A program made the translations under genes and the position numbers. Under the pieces are notes generated by a model, which worked only from the letters and a program-made list of their open reading frames with translations, did no database searches and had not been told where the DNA came from. Shown here piece by piece: positions 15,001 through 26,551 of a stretch of 64,000 bases of DNA. The stretch lies in NCBI GenBank assembly GCA_964016885.1, contig OZ024747.1:41664001-41728000 (forward strand), written 5' to 3'. Source of the DNA: Eledone cirrhosa. Taxonomy: Eukaryota. Each line of letters starts with the position of its first letter. Within the stretch, counting starts at the first letter, position 1.

Positions 15001-18000
15001 TGAAAAACAGCCAGTCCACCCTGTAAGGTGGTAGTGTTGGTACCACAATGAAAAACAGCCAGTCCACCCTGTAAGGTGGTAGTGTTGGTGCCACAATGTA
15101 AAACACCCAGTCCACCCTGTAAGGTGGTAGTGTTGGTACCACAATGAAAAACAGCCAGTCAACCCTGTAAGGTGGTAGTGTTGGTGCCACAATGAAAAAC
15201 CCCCAGTCCACCCTGTAAGGTGGTAGTGTTGGTGCCACAATGAAAAACAGCCAGTCCACCCTGTAAGGTGGTAGTGTTGGTGCCACAATGTAAAACACCC
15301 AGTCCACCCTGTAAGGTGGTAGTGTTGGTACCACAATGAAAAACAGCCAGTCAACCCTGTAAGGTGGTAGTGTTGGTGCCACAATGAAAAACAGCCAGTC
15401 CACCCTGTAAGGTGGTAGTGTTGGTGCCACAATGAAAAACAGCCAGTCCACCCTGTAAGGTGGTAGTGTTGGTACCACAATGAAAAACAGCCAGTCCACC
15501 CTGTAAGGTGGTAGTGTTGGTGCCACAATGTAAAACCCCCAGTCCACCCTGTAAGGTGGTAGTGTTGGTGCCACAATGAAAAACCCCCAGTCCACCCTGT
15601 AAGGTGGTAGTGTTGGTGCCACAATGAAAAACCCCCAGTCCACCCTGTAAGGTGGTAGTGTTGGTGCCACAACGAAAAAACCCCAGTCAACTCTGTAGCT
15701 GGTAGTGTTAGTGCCACAATGTAAAACACCCAGTCCACCCTGTAAGGTGGTAGTGTTGGTGCCACAATGAAAAACAGCCAGTCCACCCTGTAAGGTGGTA
15801 GTGTTGGTACCACAATGAAAAACAGCCAGTCCACCCTGTAAGGTGGTAGTGTTGGTGCCACAATGTAAAACCCCCAGTCCACCCTGTAAGGTGGTAGTGT
15901 TGGTGCCACAATGAAAAACCCCCAGTCCACCCTGTAAGGTGGTAGTGTTGGTGCCACAATGAAAAACCCCCAGTCCACCCTGTAAGGTGGTAGTGTTGGT
16001 GCCACAACGAAAAAACCCCAGTCAACTCTGTAGCTGGTAGTGTTAGTGCCACAATGTAAAACACCCAGTCCACCCTGTAAGGTGGTAGTGTTGGTGCCAC
16101 AATGAAAAACCCCCAGTCCACCCTGTAAGGTGGTAGTGTTGGTGCCACAATGAAAAACCCCCAGTCCACCCTGTAAGGTGGTAGTGTTGGTACCACAATG
16201 AAAAACACTCAGTCCACCCTGTAAGGTGGTAGTGTTGGTTCCACAATGAAAAACCCCCAGTCCACCCTGTAAGGTGGTAGTGTTGGTACCACAATGAAAA
16301 ACCCCCAGTCCACCCTGTAAGGTGGTAGTGTTGGTACCACAATGAAAAACAGCCAGTCCACCCTGTAAGGTGGTAGTGTTGGTGCCACAACGAAAAACAC
16401 CCAGTCAACTCTGTAGCTGGTAGTGTTGGTGCCACAATGTAAAACACCCAGTCCACCCTGTAAGGTGGTAGTGTTGGTACCACAATGAAAAACAGCCAGT
16501 CAACCCTGTAAGGTGGTAGTGTTGGTGCCACAATGAAAAACAGCCAGTCCCCCTTGTAAGGTGGTAGTGTTGGTGCCACAATGAAAAACAGCCAGTCCAC
16601 CCTGTAAGGTGGTAGTGTTGGTACCACAATGAAAAACAGCCAGTTCACCCTGTAAGGTGGTAGTGTTGGTGCCACAATGTAAAACACACAGTCCACCCTG
16701 TAAGGTGGTAGTGTTGGTACCACAATGAAAAACAGCCAGTCAACCCTGTAAGGTGGTAGTGTTGGTTCCACAATGAAAAACAGCCAGTCCACCCTGTAAG
16801 GTGGTAGTGTTGGTGCCACAATGAAAAACACCCAGTCAGGTGGTAGTGTTGGTACCACAATGAAAAACAGCCAGTCCACCCTGTAAGGTGGTAGTGTTGG
16901 TGCCACAATGTAAAACACCCAGTCCACCCTGTAAGGTGGTAGTGTTGGTACCACAATGAAAAACAGCCAGTCCACCCTGTAAGGTGGTAGTGTTGGTGCC
17001 ACAATGTAAAACACACAGTCCACCCTGTAAGGTGGTAGTGTTGGTACCACAATGAAAAACAGCCAGTCAACCCTGTAAGGTGGTAGTGTTGGTGCCACAA
17101 TGAAAAACAGCCAGTCCACCCTGTAAGGTGGTAGTGTTGGTGCCACAATGAAAAACAGCCAGTCCACCCTGTAAGGTGGTAGTGTTGGTACCACAATGTA
17201 AAACACCCAGTCCACCCTGTAAGGTGGTAGTGTTGGTACCACAATGAAAAACCCCCAGTCCACCCTGTAAGGTGGTAGTGTTGGTTCCACAACGAAAAAC
17301 ACCCAGTCAACTCTGTAGCTGGTAGTGTTGGTGCCACAATGTAAAACACCCAGTCCACCCTGTAAGGTGGTAGTGTTGGTACCACAATGAAAAACAGCCA
17401 GTCAACCCTGTAAGGTGGTAGTGTTGGTGCCACAATGAAAAACAGCCAGTCCACCCTGTAAGGTGGTAGTGTTGGTACCACAATGAAAAACACTCAGTCC
17501 AGCCTGTAAGGTGGTAGTGTTGGTGCCACAATGAAAAACCCCCAGTCCACCCTGTAAGGTGGTAGTGTTGGTACCACAATGAAAAACACTGTCCACCCTG
17601 TAAGGTGGTAGTGTTGGTGCCACAATGAAAAACACTCAGTCCACCCTGTAAGGTGGTAGTGTTGGTACCACAATGAAAAACAGCCAGTCCACCCTGTAAG
17701 GTGGTAGTGTTGGTGCCACAATGAAAAACAGTCAGTCCACCCTGTAAGGTGGTAGTGTTGGTGCCACAATGAAAAACCCCCAGTCCACCCTGTAAGGTGG
17801 TAGTGTTGGTGCCACAATGAAAAACAGCCAGTCCACCCTGTAAGGTGGTAGTGTTGGTGCCACAATGAAAAACAGCCAGTCCACCCTGTAAGGTGGTAGT
17901 GTTGGTGCCACAATGAAAAACAGCCAGTCCACCCTGTAAGGTGGTAGTGTTGGTACCACAATGAAAAACCCCCAGTCCACCCTGTAAGGTGGTAGTGTTG

Positions 18001-21000
18001 GTACCACAATGAAAAACCCCCAGTCCACCCTGTAAGGTGGTAGTGCTGGTACCACAATGAAAAACAGCCAGTCAACCCTGTAAGGTGGTAGTGTTGGTGC
18101 CACAATGAAAAACAGCCAGTCCACCCTGTAAGGTGGTAGTGTTGGTGCCACAATGAAAAACACCCAGTCAACCCTGTAAGGTGGTAGTGTTGGTACCACA
18201 ATGAAAAACAGCCAGTCCACCCTGTAAGGTGGTAGTGTTGGTGCCACAATGTAAAACACCCAGTCCACCCTGTAAGGTGGTAGTGTTGGTACCACAATGA
18301 AAAACAGCCAGTCAACCCTGTAAGGTGGTAGTGTTGGTGCCACAATGAAAAACAGCCAGTCAACCCTGTAAGGTGGTAGTGTTGGTGCCACAATGAAAAA
18401 CAGCCAGTCCACCCTGTAAGGTGGTAGTGTTGGTACCACAATGAAAAACCCCCAGTCCACCCTGTAAGGTGGTAGTGTTGGTACCACAATGAAAAACCCC
18501 CAGTCCACCCTGTAAGGTGGTTGTGCTGGTACCACAATGAAAAACAGCCAGTCAACCCTGTAAGGTGGTAGTGTTGGTGCCACAATGAAAAACAGCCAGT
18601 CCACCCTGTAAGGTGGTAGTGTTGGTGCCACAATGAAAAACAGCCAGTCCACCCTGTAAGGTGGTAGTGTTGGTGCCACAATGTAAAACACCCAGTCCAC
18701 CCTGTAAGGTGGTAGTGTTGGTACCACAATGAAAAACAGCCAGTCAACCCTGTAAGGTGGTAGTGTTGGTGCCACAATGAAAAACAGCCAGCCCACCCTG
18801 TAAGGTGGTAGTGTTGGTACCACAATGAAAAACCCCCAGTCCACCCTGTAAGGTGGTAGTGTTGGTGCCACAGCGAAAAACACCCAGTCAACTCTGTAGC
18901 TGGTAGTGTTGGTGCCACAATGTAAAACACCCAGTCCACCCTGTAAGGTGGTAGTGTTGGTACCACAATGAAAAACAGCCAGTCAACCCTGTAAGGTGGT
19001 AGTGTTGGTGCCACAATGAAAAACAGCCAGTCCACCCTGTAAGGTGGTAGTGTTGGTGCCACAACGAAAAACACCCAGTCAACTCTGTAGCTGGTAGTGT
19101 TGGTGCCACAATGAAAAACACCCAGTCCACCCTGTAAGGTGGTAGTGTTGGTACCACAATGAAAAACAGCCAGTCCACCCTGTAAGGTGGTAGTATTGGT
19201 GCCACAATGAAAAACACCCAGTCAACCCTGTAAGGTGGTAGTGTTGGTGCCGCAATGAAAAACAGCCAGTTCACCCTGTAAGGTGGTAGTGTTGGTGCCA
19301 CAATGAAAAACAGCCAGTCCACCCTGTAAGGTGGTAGTGTTGGTACCACAATGAAAAACAGCCAGTCCACCCTGTAAGGTGGTAGTGTTGGTGCCACAAT
19401 GTAAAACACCCAGTCCACCCTGTAAGGTGGTAGTGTTGGTACCACAATGAAAAACAGCCAGTCAACCCTGTAAGGTGGTAGTGTTGGTGCCACAATGAAA
19501 AACCCCCAGTCCACCCTGTAAGGTGGTAGTGTTGGTGCCACAATGAAAAACAGCCAGTCCACCCTGTAAGGTGGTAGTGTTGGTGCCACAATGTAAAACA
19601 CCCAGTCCACCCTGTAAGGTGGTAGTGTTGGTACCACAATGAAAAACAGCCAGTCAACCCTGTAAGGTGGTAGTGTTGGTGCCACAATGAAAAACAGCCA
19701 GTCCACCCTGTAAGGTGGTAGTGTTGGTGCCACAATGAAAAACAGCCAGTCCACCCTGTAAGGTGGTAGTGTTGGTACCACAATGAAAAACAGCCAGTCC
19801 ACCCTGTAAGGTGGTAGTGTTGGTGCCACAATGTAAAACCCCCAGTCCACCCTGTAAGGTGGTAGTGTTGGTGCCACAATGAAAAACCCCCAGTCCACCC
19901 TGTAAGGTGGTAGTGTTGGTGCCACAATGAAAAACCCCCAGTCCACCCTGTAAGGTGGTAGTGTTGGTGCCACAACGAAAAAACCCCAGTCAACTCTGTA
20001 GCTGGTAGTGTTAGTGCCACAATGTAAAACACCCAGTCCACCCTGTAAGGTGGTAGTGTTGGTGCCACAATGAAAAACCCCCAGTCCACCCTGTAAGGTG
20101 GTAGTGTTGGTGCCACAATGAAAAACCCCCAGTCCACCCTGTAAGGTGGTAGTGTTGGTACCACAATGAAAAACACTCAGTCCACCCTGTAAGGTGGTAG
20201 TGTTGGTGCCACAATGAAAAACCCCCAGTCCACCCTGTAAGGTGGTAGTGTTGGTACCACAATGAACAACCCCCAGTCCACCCTGTAAGGTGGTAGTGTT
20301 GGTACCACAATGAAAAACAGCCAGTCCACCCTGTAAGGTGGTAGTGTTGGTGCCACAACGAAAAACACCCAGTCAACTCTGTAGCTGGTAGTGTTGGTGC
20401 CACAATGTAAAACACCCAGTCCACCCTGTAAGGTGGTAGTGTTGGTACCACAATGAAAAACAGCCAGTCAACCCTGTAAGGTGGTAGTGTTGGTGCCACA
20501 ATGAAAAACAGCCAGTCCCCCTTGTAAGGTGGTAGTGTTGGTGCCACAATGAAAAACCCCCAGTTCACCCTGTAAGGTGGTAGTGTTGGTGCCACAATGT
20601 AAAACACACAGTCCACCCTGTAAGGTGGTAGTGTTGGTACCACAATGAAAAACAGCCAGTCAACCCTGTAAGGTGGTAGTGTTGGTTCCACAATGAAAAA
20701 CAGCCAGTCCACCCTGTAAGGTGGTAGTGTTGGTGCCACAATGAAAAACACCCAGTCAGGTGGTAGTGTTGGTACCACAATGAAAAACAGCCAGTCCACC
20801 CTGTAAGGTGGTAGTGTTGGTGCCACAATGTAAAACACCCAGTCCACCCTGTAAGGTGGTAGTGTTGGTACCACAATGAAAAACCCCCAGTCCACCCTGT
20901 AAGGTGGTAGTGTTGGTACCACAATGAAAAACAGCCAGTCCACCCTGTAAGGTGGTAGTGTTGGTGCCACAATGTAAAACACACAGTCCACCCTGTAAGG

Positions 21001-24000
21001 TGGTAGTGTTGGTACCACAATGAAAAACAGCCAGTCAACCCTGTAAGGTGGTAGTGTTGGTGCCACAATGAAAAACAGCCAGTCCACCCTGTAAGGTGGT
21101 AGTGTTGGTGCCACAATGAAAAACAGCCAGTCCACCCTGTAAGGTGGTAGTGTTGGTACCACAATGTAAAACACCCAGTCCACCCTGTAAGGTGGTAGTG
21201 TTGGTACCACAATGAAAAACCCCCAGTCCACCCTGTAAGGTGGTAGTGTTGGTTCCACAACGAAAAACACCCAGTCAACTCTGTAGCTGGTAGTGTTGGT
21301 GCCACAATGTAAAACACCCAGTCCACCCTGTAAGGTGGTAGTGTTGGTACCACAATGAAAAACAGCCAGTCAACCCTGTAAGGTGGTAGTGTTGGTGCCA
21401 CAATGAAAAACAGCCAGTCCACCCTGTAAGGTGGTAGTGTTGGTACCACAATGAAAAACACTCAGTCCACCCTGTAAGGTGGTAGTGTTGGTGCCACAAT
21501 GAAAAACCCCCAGTCCACCCTGTAAGGTGGTAGTGTTGGTACCACAATGAAAGACACTGTCCACCCTGTAAGGTGGTAGTGTTGGTGCCACAATGAAAAA
21601 CACTCAGTCCACCCTGTAAGGTGGTAGTGTTGGTACCACAATGAAAAACAGCCAGTCCACCCTGTAAGGTGGTAGTGTTGGTGCCACAATGAAAAACAGT
21701 CAGTCCACCCTGTAAGGTGGTAGTGTTGGTACCACAATGAAAAACCCCCAGTCCACCCTGTAAGGTGGTAGTGCTGGTACCACAATGAAAAACAGCCAGT
21801 CAACCCTGTAAGGTGGTAGTGTTGGTCCCACAATGAAAAACAGCCAGTCCACCCTGTAAGGTGGTAGTGTTGGTGCCACAATGAAAAACACCCAGTCAAC
21901 CCTGTAAGGTGGTAGTGTTGGTACCACAATGAAAAACAGCCAGTCAACCCTGTAAGGTGGTAGTGTTGGTGCCACAATGAAAAACAGCCAGCCCACCCTG
22001 TAAGGTGGTAGTGTTGGTACTACAATGAAAAACCCCCAGTCCACCCTGTAAGGTGGTAGTGTTGGTGCCACAACGAAAAACACCCAGTCAACTCTGTAGC
22101 TGGGAGTGTTGGTGCCACAATGAAAAACACCCAGTCCACCCTGTAAGGTGGTAGTGTTGGTACCACAATGAAAAACAGCCAGTCCACCCTGTAAGGTGGT
22201 AGTATTGGTGCCACAATGAAAAACACCCAGTCAACCCTGTAAGGTGGTAGTGTTGGTGCCACAATGAAAAACAGCCAGTCCACCCTGTAAGGTGGTAGTG
22301 TTGGTACCACAATGAAAAACAGCCAGTCCACCCTGTAAGGTGGTAGTGTTGGTACCACAATGAAAAACCCCCAGTCCACCCTGTAAGGTGGTAGTGCTGG
22401 TACCACAATGAAAAACAGCCAGTCAACCCTGTAAGGTGGTAGTGTTGGTGCCACAATGAAAAACAGCCAGTCCACCCTGTAAGGTGGTAGTGTTGGTACC
22501 ACAATGAAAAACCCCCAGTCCACCCTGTAAGGTGGTAGTGTTGGTGCCACAGCGAAAAACACCCAGTCAACTCTGTAGCTGGTAGTGTTGGTGCCACAAT
22601 GTAAAACACCCAGTCCACCCTGTAAGGTGGTAGTGTTGGTACCACAATGAAAAACAGCCAGTCAACCCTGTAAGGTGGTAGTGTTGGTGCCACAATGAAA
22701 AACAGCCAGTCCACCCTGTAAGGTGGTAGTGTTGGTGCCACAACGAAAAACAGCCAGTCAACTCTGTAGCTGGTAGTGTTGGTGCCACAATGAAAAACAC
22801 CCAGTCCACCCTGTAAGGTGGTAGTGTTGGTACCACAATGAAAAACAGCCAGTCCACCCTGTAAGGTGGTAGTGTTGGTGCCACAATGAAAAACACCCAG
22901 TCAACCCTGTAAGGTGGTAGTGTTGGTGCCACAATGAAAAACAGCCAGTCCACCCTGTAAGGTGGTAGTGTTGGTCCCACAATGTAAAACACACAGTCCA
23001 CCCTGTAAGGTGGTAGTGTTGGTACCACAATGAAAAACAGCCAGTCAACCCTGTAAGGTGGTAGTGTTGGTGCCACAATGAAAAACAGCCAGTCCACCCT
23101 GTAAGGTGGTAGTGTTGGTGCCACAAGGAAAAACAGCCAGTCCACCCTGTAAGGTGGTAGTGTTGGTACCACAATGAAAAACAGCCAGTCCACCCTGTAA
23201 GGTGGTAGTGTTGGTGCCACAATGTAAAAGACCCAGTCCACCCTGTAAGGTGGTAGTGTTGGTACCACAATGAAAAACCCCCAGTCCACCCTGTAAGGTG
23301 GTAGTGTTGGTTCCACAACGAAAAACACCCAGTCAACTCTGTAGCTGGTAGTGTTGGTGCCACAATGTAAAACACCCAGTCCACCCTGTAAGGTGGTAGT
23401 GTTGGTGCCACAATGAAAAACAGCCAGTCCACCCTGTAAGGTGGTAGTGTTGGTGCCACAACGAAAAACACCCAGTCAACTCTGTAGCTGGTAGTGTTGG
23501 TGCCACAATGAAAAACACCGTCCACCCTGTAAGGTGGTAGTGTTGGTACCACAATGAAAAACAGCCAGTCCACCCTGTAAGGTGGTAGTGTTGGTGCCAC
23601 AATGAAAAACACCCAGTCAACCCTGTAAGGTGGTAGTGTTGGTGCCACAATGAAAAACAGCCAGTCCACCCTGTAAGGTGGTAGTGTTGGTGCCACAATG
23701 AAAAACAGCCAGTCCACCCTGTAAGGTGGTAGTGTTGGTACCACAATGAAAAACAGCCAGTCCACCCTGTAAGGTGGTAGTGTTGGTGCCACAATGTAAA
23801 ACACCCAGTCCACCCTGTAAGGTGGTAGTGTTGGTGCCACAATGAAAAACAGCCAGCCCACCCTGTAAGGTGGTAGTGTTGGTGCCACAACAAAAAACAC
23901 CCAGTCAACTCTGTAGCTGGTAGTGTTGGTGCCACAATGAAAAACACTCAGTCCACCCTGTAAGGTGGTAGTGCTGGTGCCACAATGAAAAACACCCAGT

Positions 24001-24075
24001 CCACCCTGTAAGGTGGTAGTGCTGGTACCACAATGAAAACCACCCAGTTCACCCTGTAAGATGGTAGTGCTGGAG
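1..24075. repeat. 48-bp satellite array (~500 monomers, continues beyond the left edge), consensus GTAAGGTGGTAGTGTTGGT(G/A)CCACAATGAAAAAC(AG/CC/AC)CCAGTCCACCCT
   Basis: Uninterrupted 48-bp tandem monomers with recurring 47-bp (GTCAACTCTGTAGCTGGTAG), 46-bp and 36-bp variants. Monomers degenerate at the right edge (~23950-24075). Confidence 0.99.
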
Positions 24076-24256
24076 TCACAATAAAATGCTCTCAGTACAT
24101 GCTATAAAGTGGTTAAGGAAGGGCATCCAGCCATAGAAACCAAGCCAAAAGCTGAGCATAGAAGCAAGGCATGGTCATCTAACTTGTCTAACCTCAGTAT
24201 GTGACAATCTAAATAAAATAATGCAAGCATGGAAAATAGATACTAAACGATGATGT
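24075..24256 (+). mobile_element. 3' remainder of a dispersed non-autonomous retroelement (RTE-type tail) fused to the satellite end
   Basis: AAGTGGTTAAGGAAGGGCATCCAGCCATAGAAACC...ATGCAAGCATGGAAAATAGATACTAAACGATGATG. The same motifs recur at ~56712-56856 and ~61820-62060. Confidence 0.75.
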
Positions 24257-24461
24257 CTCTGTAATGTATGCCTTACCCACCCTCTGGTAGCAAATAAATG
24301 AAATTGTTTATTGTTGTTTTTTATATATTTTTGTTATTGTTATTCCCCCATTCAATATAAAATACTTTCTATATAATTCTCTCTGCCCTCCTGTTCCAGA
24401 TTAATGTTAATTTATGCCAGACATATTTAGTTTACAATATAACTCATATTAATGCTTTCAT

Positions 24462-24900
24462 TATCATCATCATCAACATTTTATGTCAACTTTTCCATTC
24501 TTGCATGTTGGATTGGTCCTCTCCAACATATCATCCCTCCATTTGTTGCATTCCTTTATCATCACCACTGTGAGCCTCAACAATTTGAGATTAGCTCTCA
24601 CAATTTCTGCCCAGGTCTTCCTTGGTCTTCCTTTACTGCCACTACTGTCCACTGGTATGCCCTAGCACTGCTTTACCCAATGATCATCATCCATACTCAT
24701 CACATGTCTTTGTTAGTGCAGTCTTCTCTCCTGTACACTACATCTAATTCCTCTTGTACACAGTTTTTCTCTCCAGCCTTCACATATCCTCTGCATTCAG
24801 AGCCCACATCTCACTACCATGCATACAGCCAGCCTTTCATTTATAGAGGAAAACCTTTTGTTGTTAACAGAGGTAGTAGCTCTCTGAACCTTTTCCATTC
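24462..24900 (-). mobile_element. Decayed RTE-clade LINE 3' fragment
   Basis: Minus strand reads ...GGAAGACCAAGGAAGACCTGGGCAGAAATTGTGAGAGCTAATCTC (GRPRKTWAEIVRANL) then a CATGCAAGAATGGAAAAGTTGACATAAAATG...GATGATG tail, like 42480-42657. Confidence 0.65.
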
Positions 24901-26465
24901 TGTGCTTGTTCCAGCCACTGCTAATTAGGTCACATAAGGTAGTAGAAGCTATCAACTACTTTTATGGAGCTTTCCTGGGATTGGAAAAAGTTTATTTCAC
25001 TGATGTTCTTACTTTCACTGATATTTTTCAATGTTTACCAATCTCTTATCCTTCATTCAATCAAACATAATAAATATAAAGTTTCTGTAAAAATCTAGAA
25101 AGCTAACGCCACTATGAAAGTTTTAGTAGCAAGTGTACTTATATTAGTGTCAGCATCACCAGAAGCAAATATATAGACCAGAAAGTCTATATGTAAATCT
25201 ACCAAGATTGTTGAAAGCCACAAATGGCTGAGTCTTTAAATCTTAACATCCTGAATGATTTAGCAGAAAATACCTAAAAATGGCCTTCTTAATTCAAATG
25301 TATATGGTATCTTTACTTGTGGTCAGAGGTTGTAGTGAAATTTTGCACAGTATTAGAGTTAAGACTTTAGTTTTTAATGTGATGCCGTCATAGTGCTGTT
25401 TTCTATTTTTCAAGAATGTCTAGTTAACGCAGATCATTAAGAGTTAAAGATACTAACCTGCTGGCTAAGGTTCCATTTTGTATTTTATCACACCATTATT
25501 CTACTGTCTATGGCAAAGTTACTTAATTCTTGATGGCTAAAATAGCTTGTTGTTAGTGTTGTTAAAAGCCATGTCAGTCATAATTAGAAAGATCTGCGAT
25601 CAGTGTTATTTTAGCAATATCCGGCTGGTCGTCTTTTTTTTCTGCAATTGTTTATCTAAAACTTTATTATCAAATATGTCCTCTCTTTTTCATGATGGTA
25701 TGGTGTAATTTGGAGGAAATTTGACTGCTATTACTAGCAGACTGAGTGGCTGTGTAGGTGCTTTTTTTTGCTTGTATGTGTATATGATGATGATCATCAA
25801 CATATTATATCCACTTTTCCATGGTTGCATCTCTCCATTCGTCTCAGTCCTTCGTTATCACCTGCAGCACTAGAGGAAAGATTTTAGTTAATGGGTAAAC
25901 ATTTTTAAATGAGCAGTTTTCTATCAAAAGTTCAGGGCAGTTTCAGGCATTTTGGTATTGAAATGGTTCAGTCAGTAGTTAGTCATTAATGAGATTGCTT
26001 TTGTAGCTTTGGGTATCAAATCTTGAGTGTTGTGACTACCCACTATAGATAAGGGGACTATTGCTTAGCTAGAGAGCTGGGCTATACTGTGAGGAGTGGA
26101 AGATGATTGCCAGACATTTATGGAAAAAAACAGATAAACTTAACATTGTTTTACAAATGTTATATTTTTAAATGTTATACTTTCAAATTTATTGTATTTA
26201 TAAATTGTGTAGAAAATGTTAACTGGATAAAAATAGTATAGACATGTTTTAGCACACAATACAAATGCACCAAGATTTGACTAACTGCTTCCATACCAAA
26301 ATCTATTCAATGGAAGCTGCTTAACAATAGCAACTTTATGAAATGTTATTGTATTATCCCTATAGAGTACTTTAATATTCCTGCAATGCCAGCAATTTAT
26401 ATTGTTGTGATTTAGTTTAATTTTTTTTCCCATTTGTCTTAATATTGTTTCTCTCTATATTTCAG

Positions 26466-26551
26466 ATGTTAATGGAAATGGGAAACAGTCGTGCAAGAGC
26501 TGTTTATGAAGCTAACGTTCCCGATAATTTCCGAAGACCACAGACAGACTC
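26466..26551 (+). CDS. SMAP1: SMAP1/2-like ArfGAP, internal exon (C-terminal part of ArfGAP domain): MLMEMGNSRARAVYEANVPDNFRRPQTD(S)
   Basis: Polypyrimidine tract and TTCAG acceptor. Peptide resembles the SMAP-family MGN..A...YEA.LP..FRRPQ.D motif. 86 nt, followed by the U12 donor GTATCCTTT. Confidence 0.93.

Noticed and set aside
110-23947. Dozens of long minus-strand ORFs (FFIVAPTLPPYRVDW, WHQHYHLTGWTG, HCGTNTTTLQGG repeats)
   Set aside because: A 48-bp monomer that lacks stops on one strand gives open frames automatically. The 47- and 46-bp variants shift frame freely, the ORFs are antisense within an intron, and there is no coding signature.
1-24075. CRISPR-like array (constant part plus variable part)
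   Set aside because: The variable positions are a few recurring SNP variants rather than unique spacers, there are no cas genes, and the context is eukaryotic.
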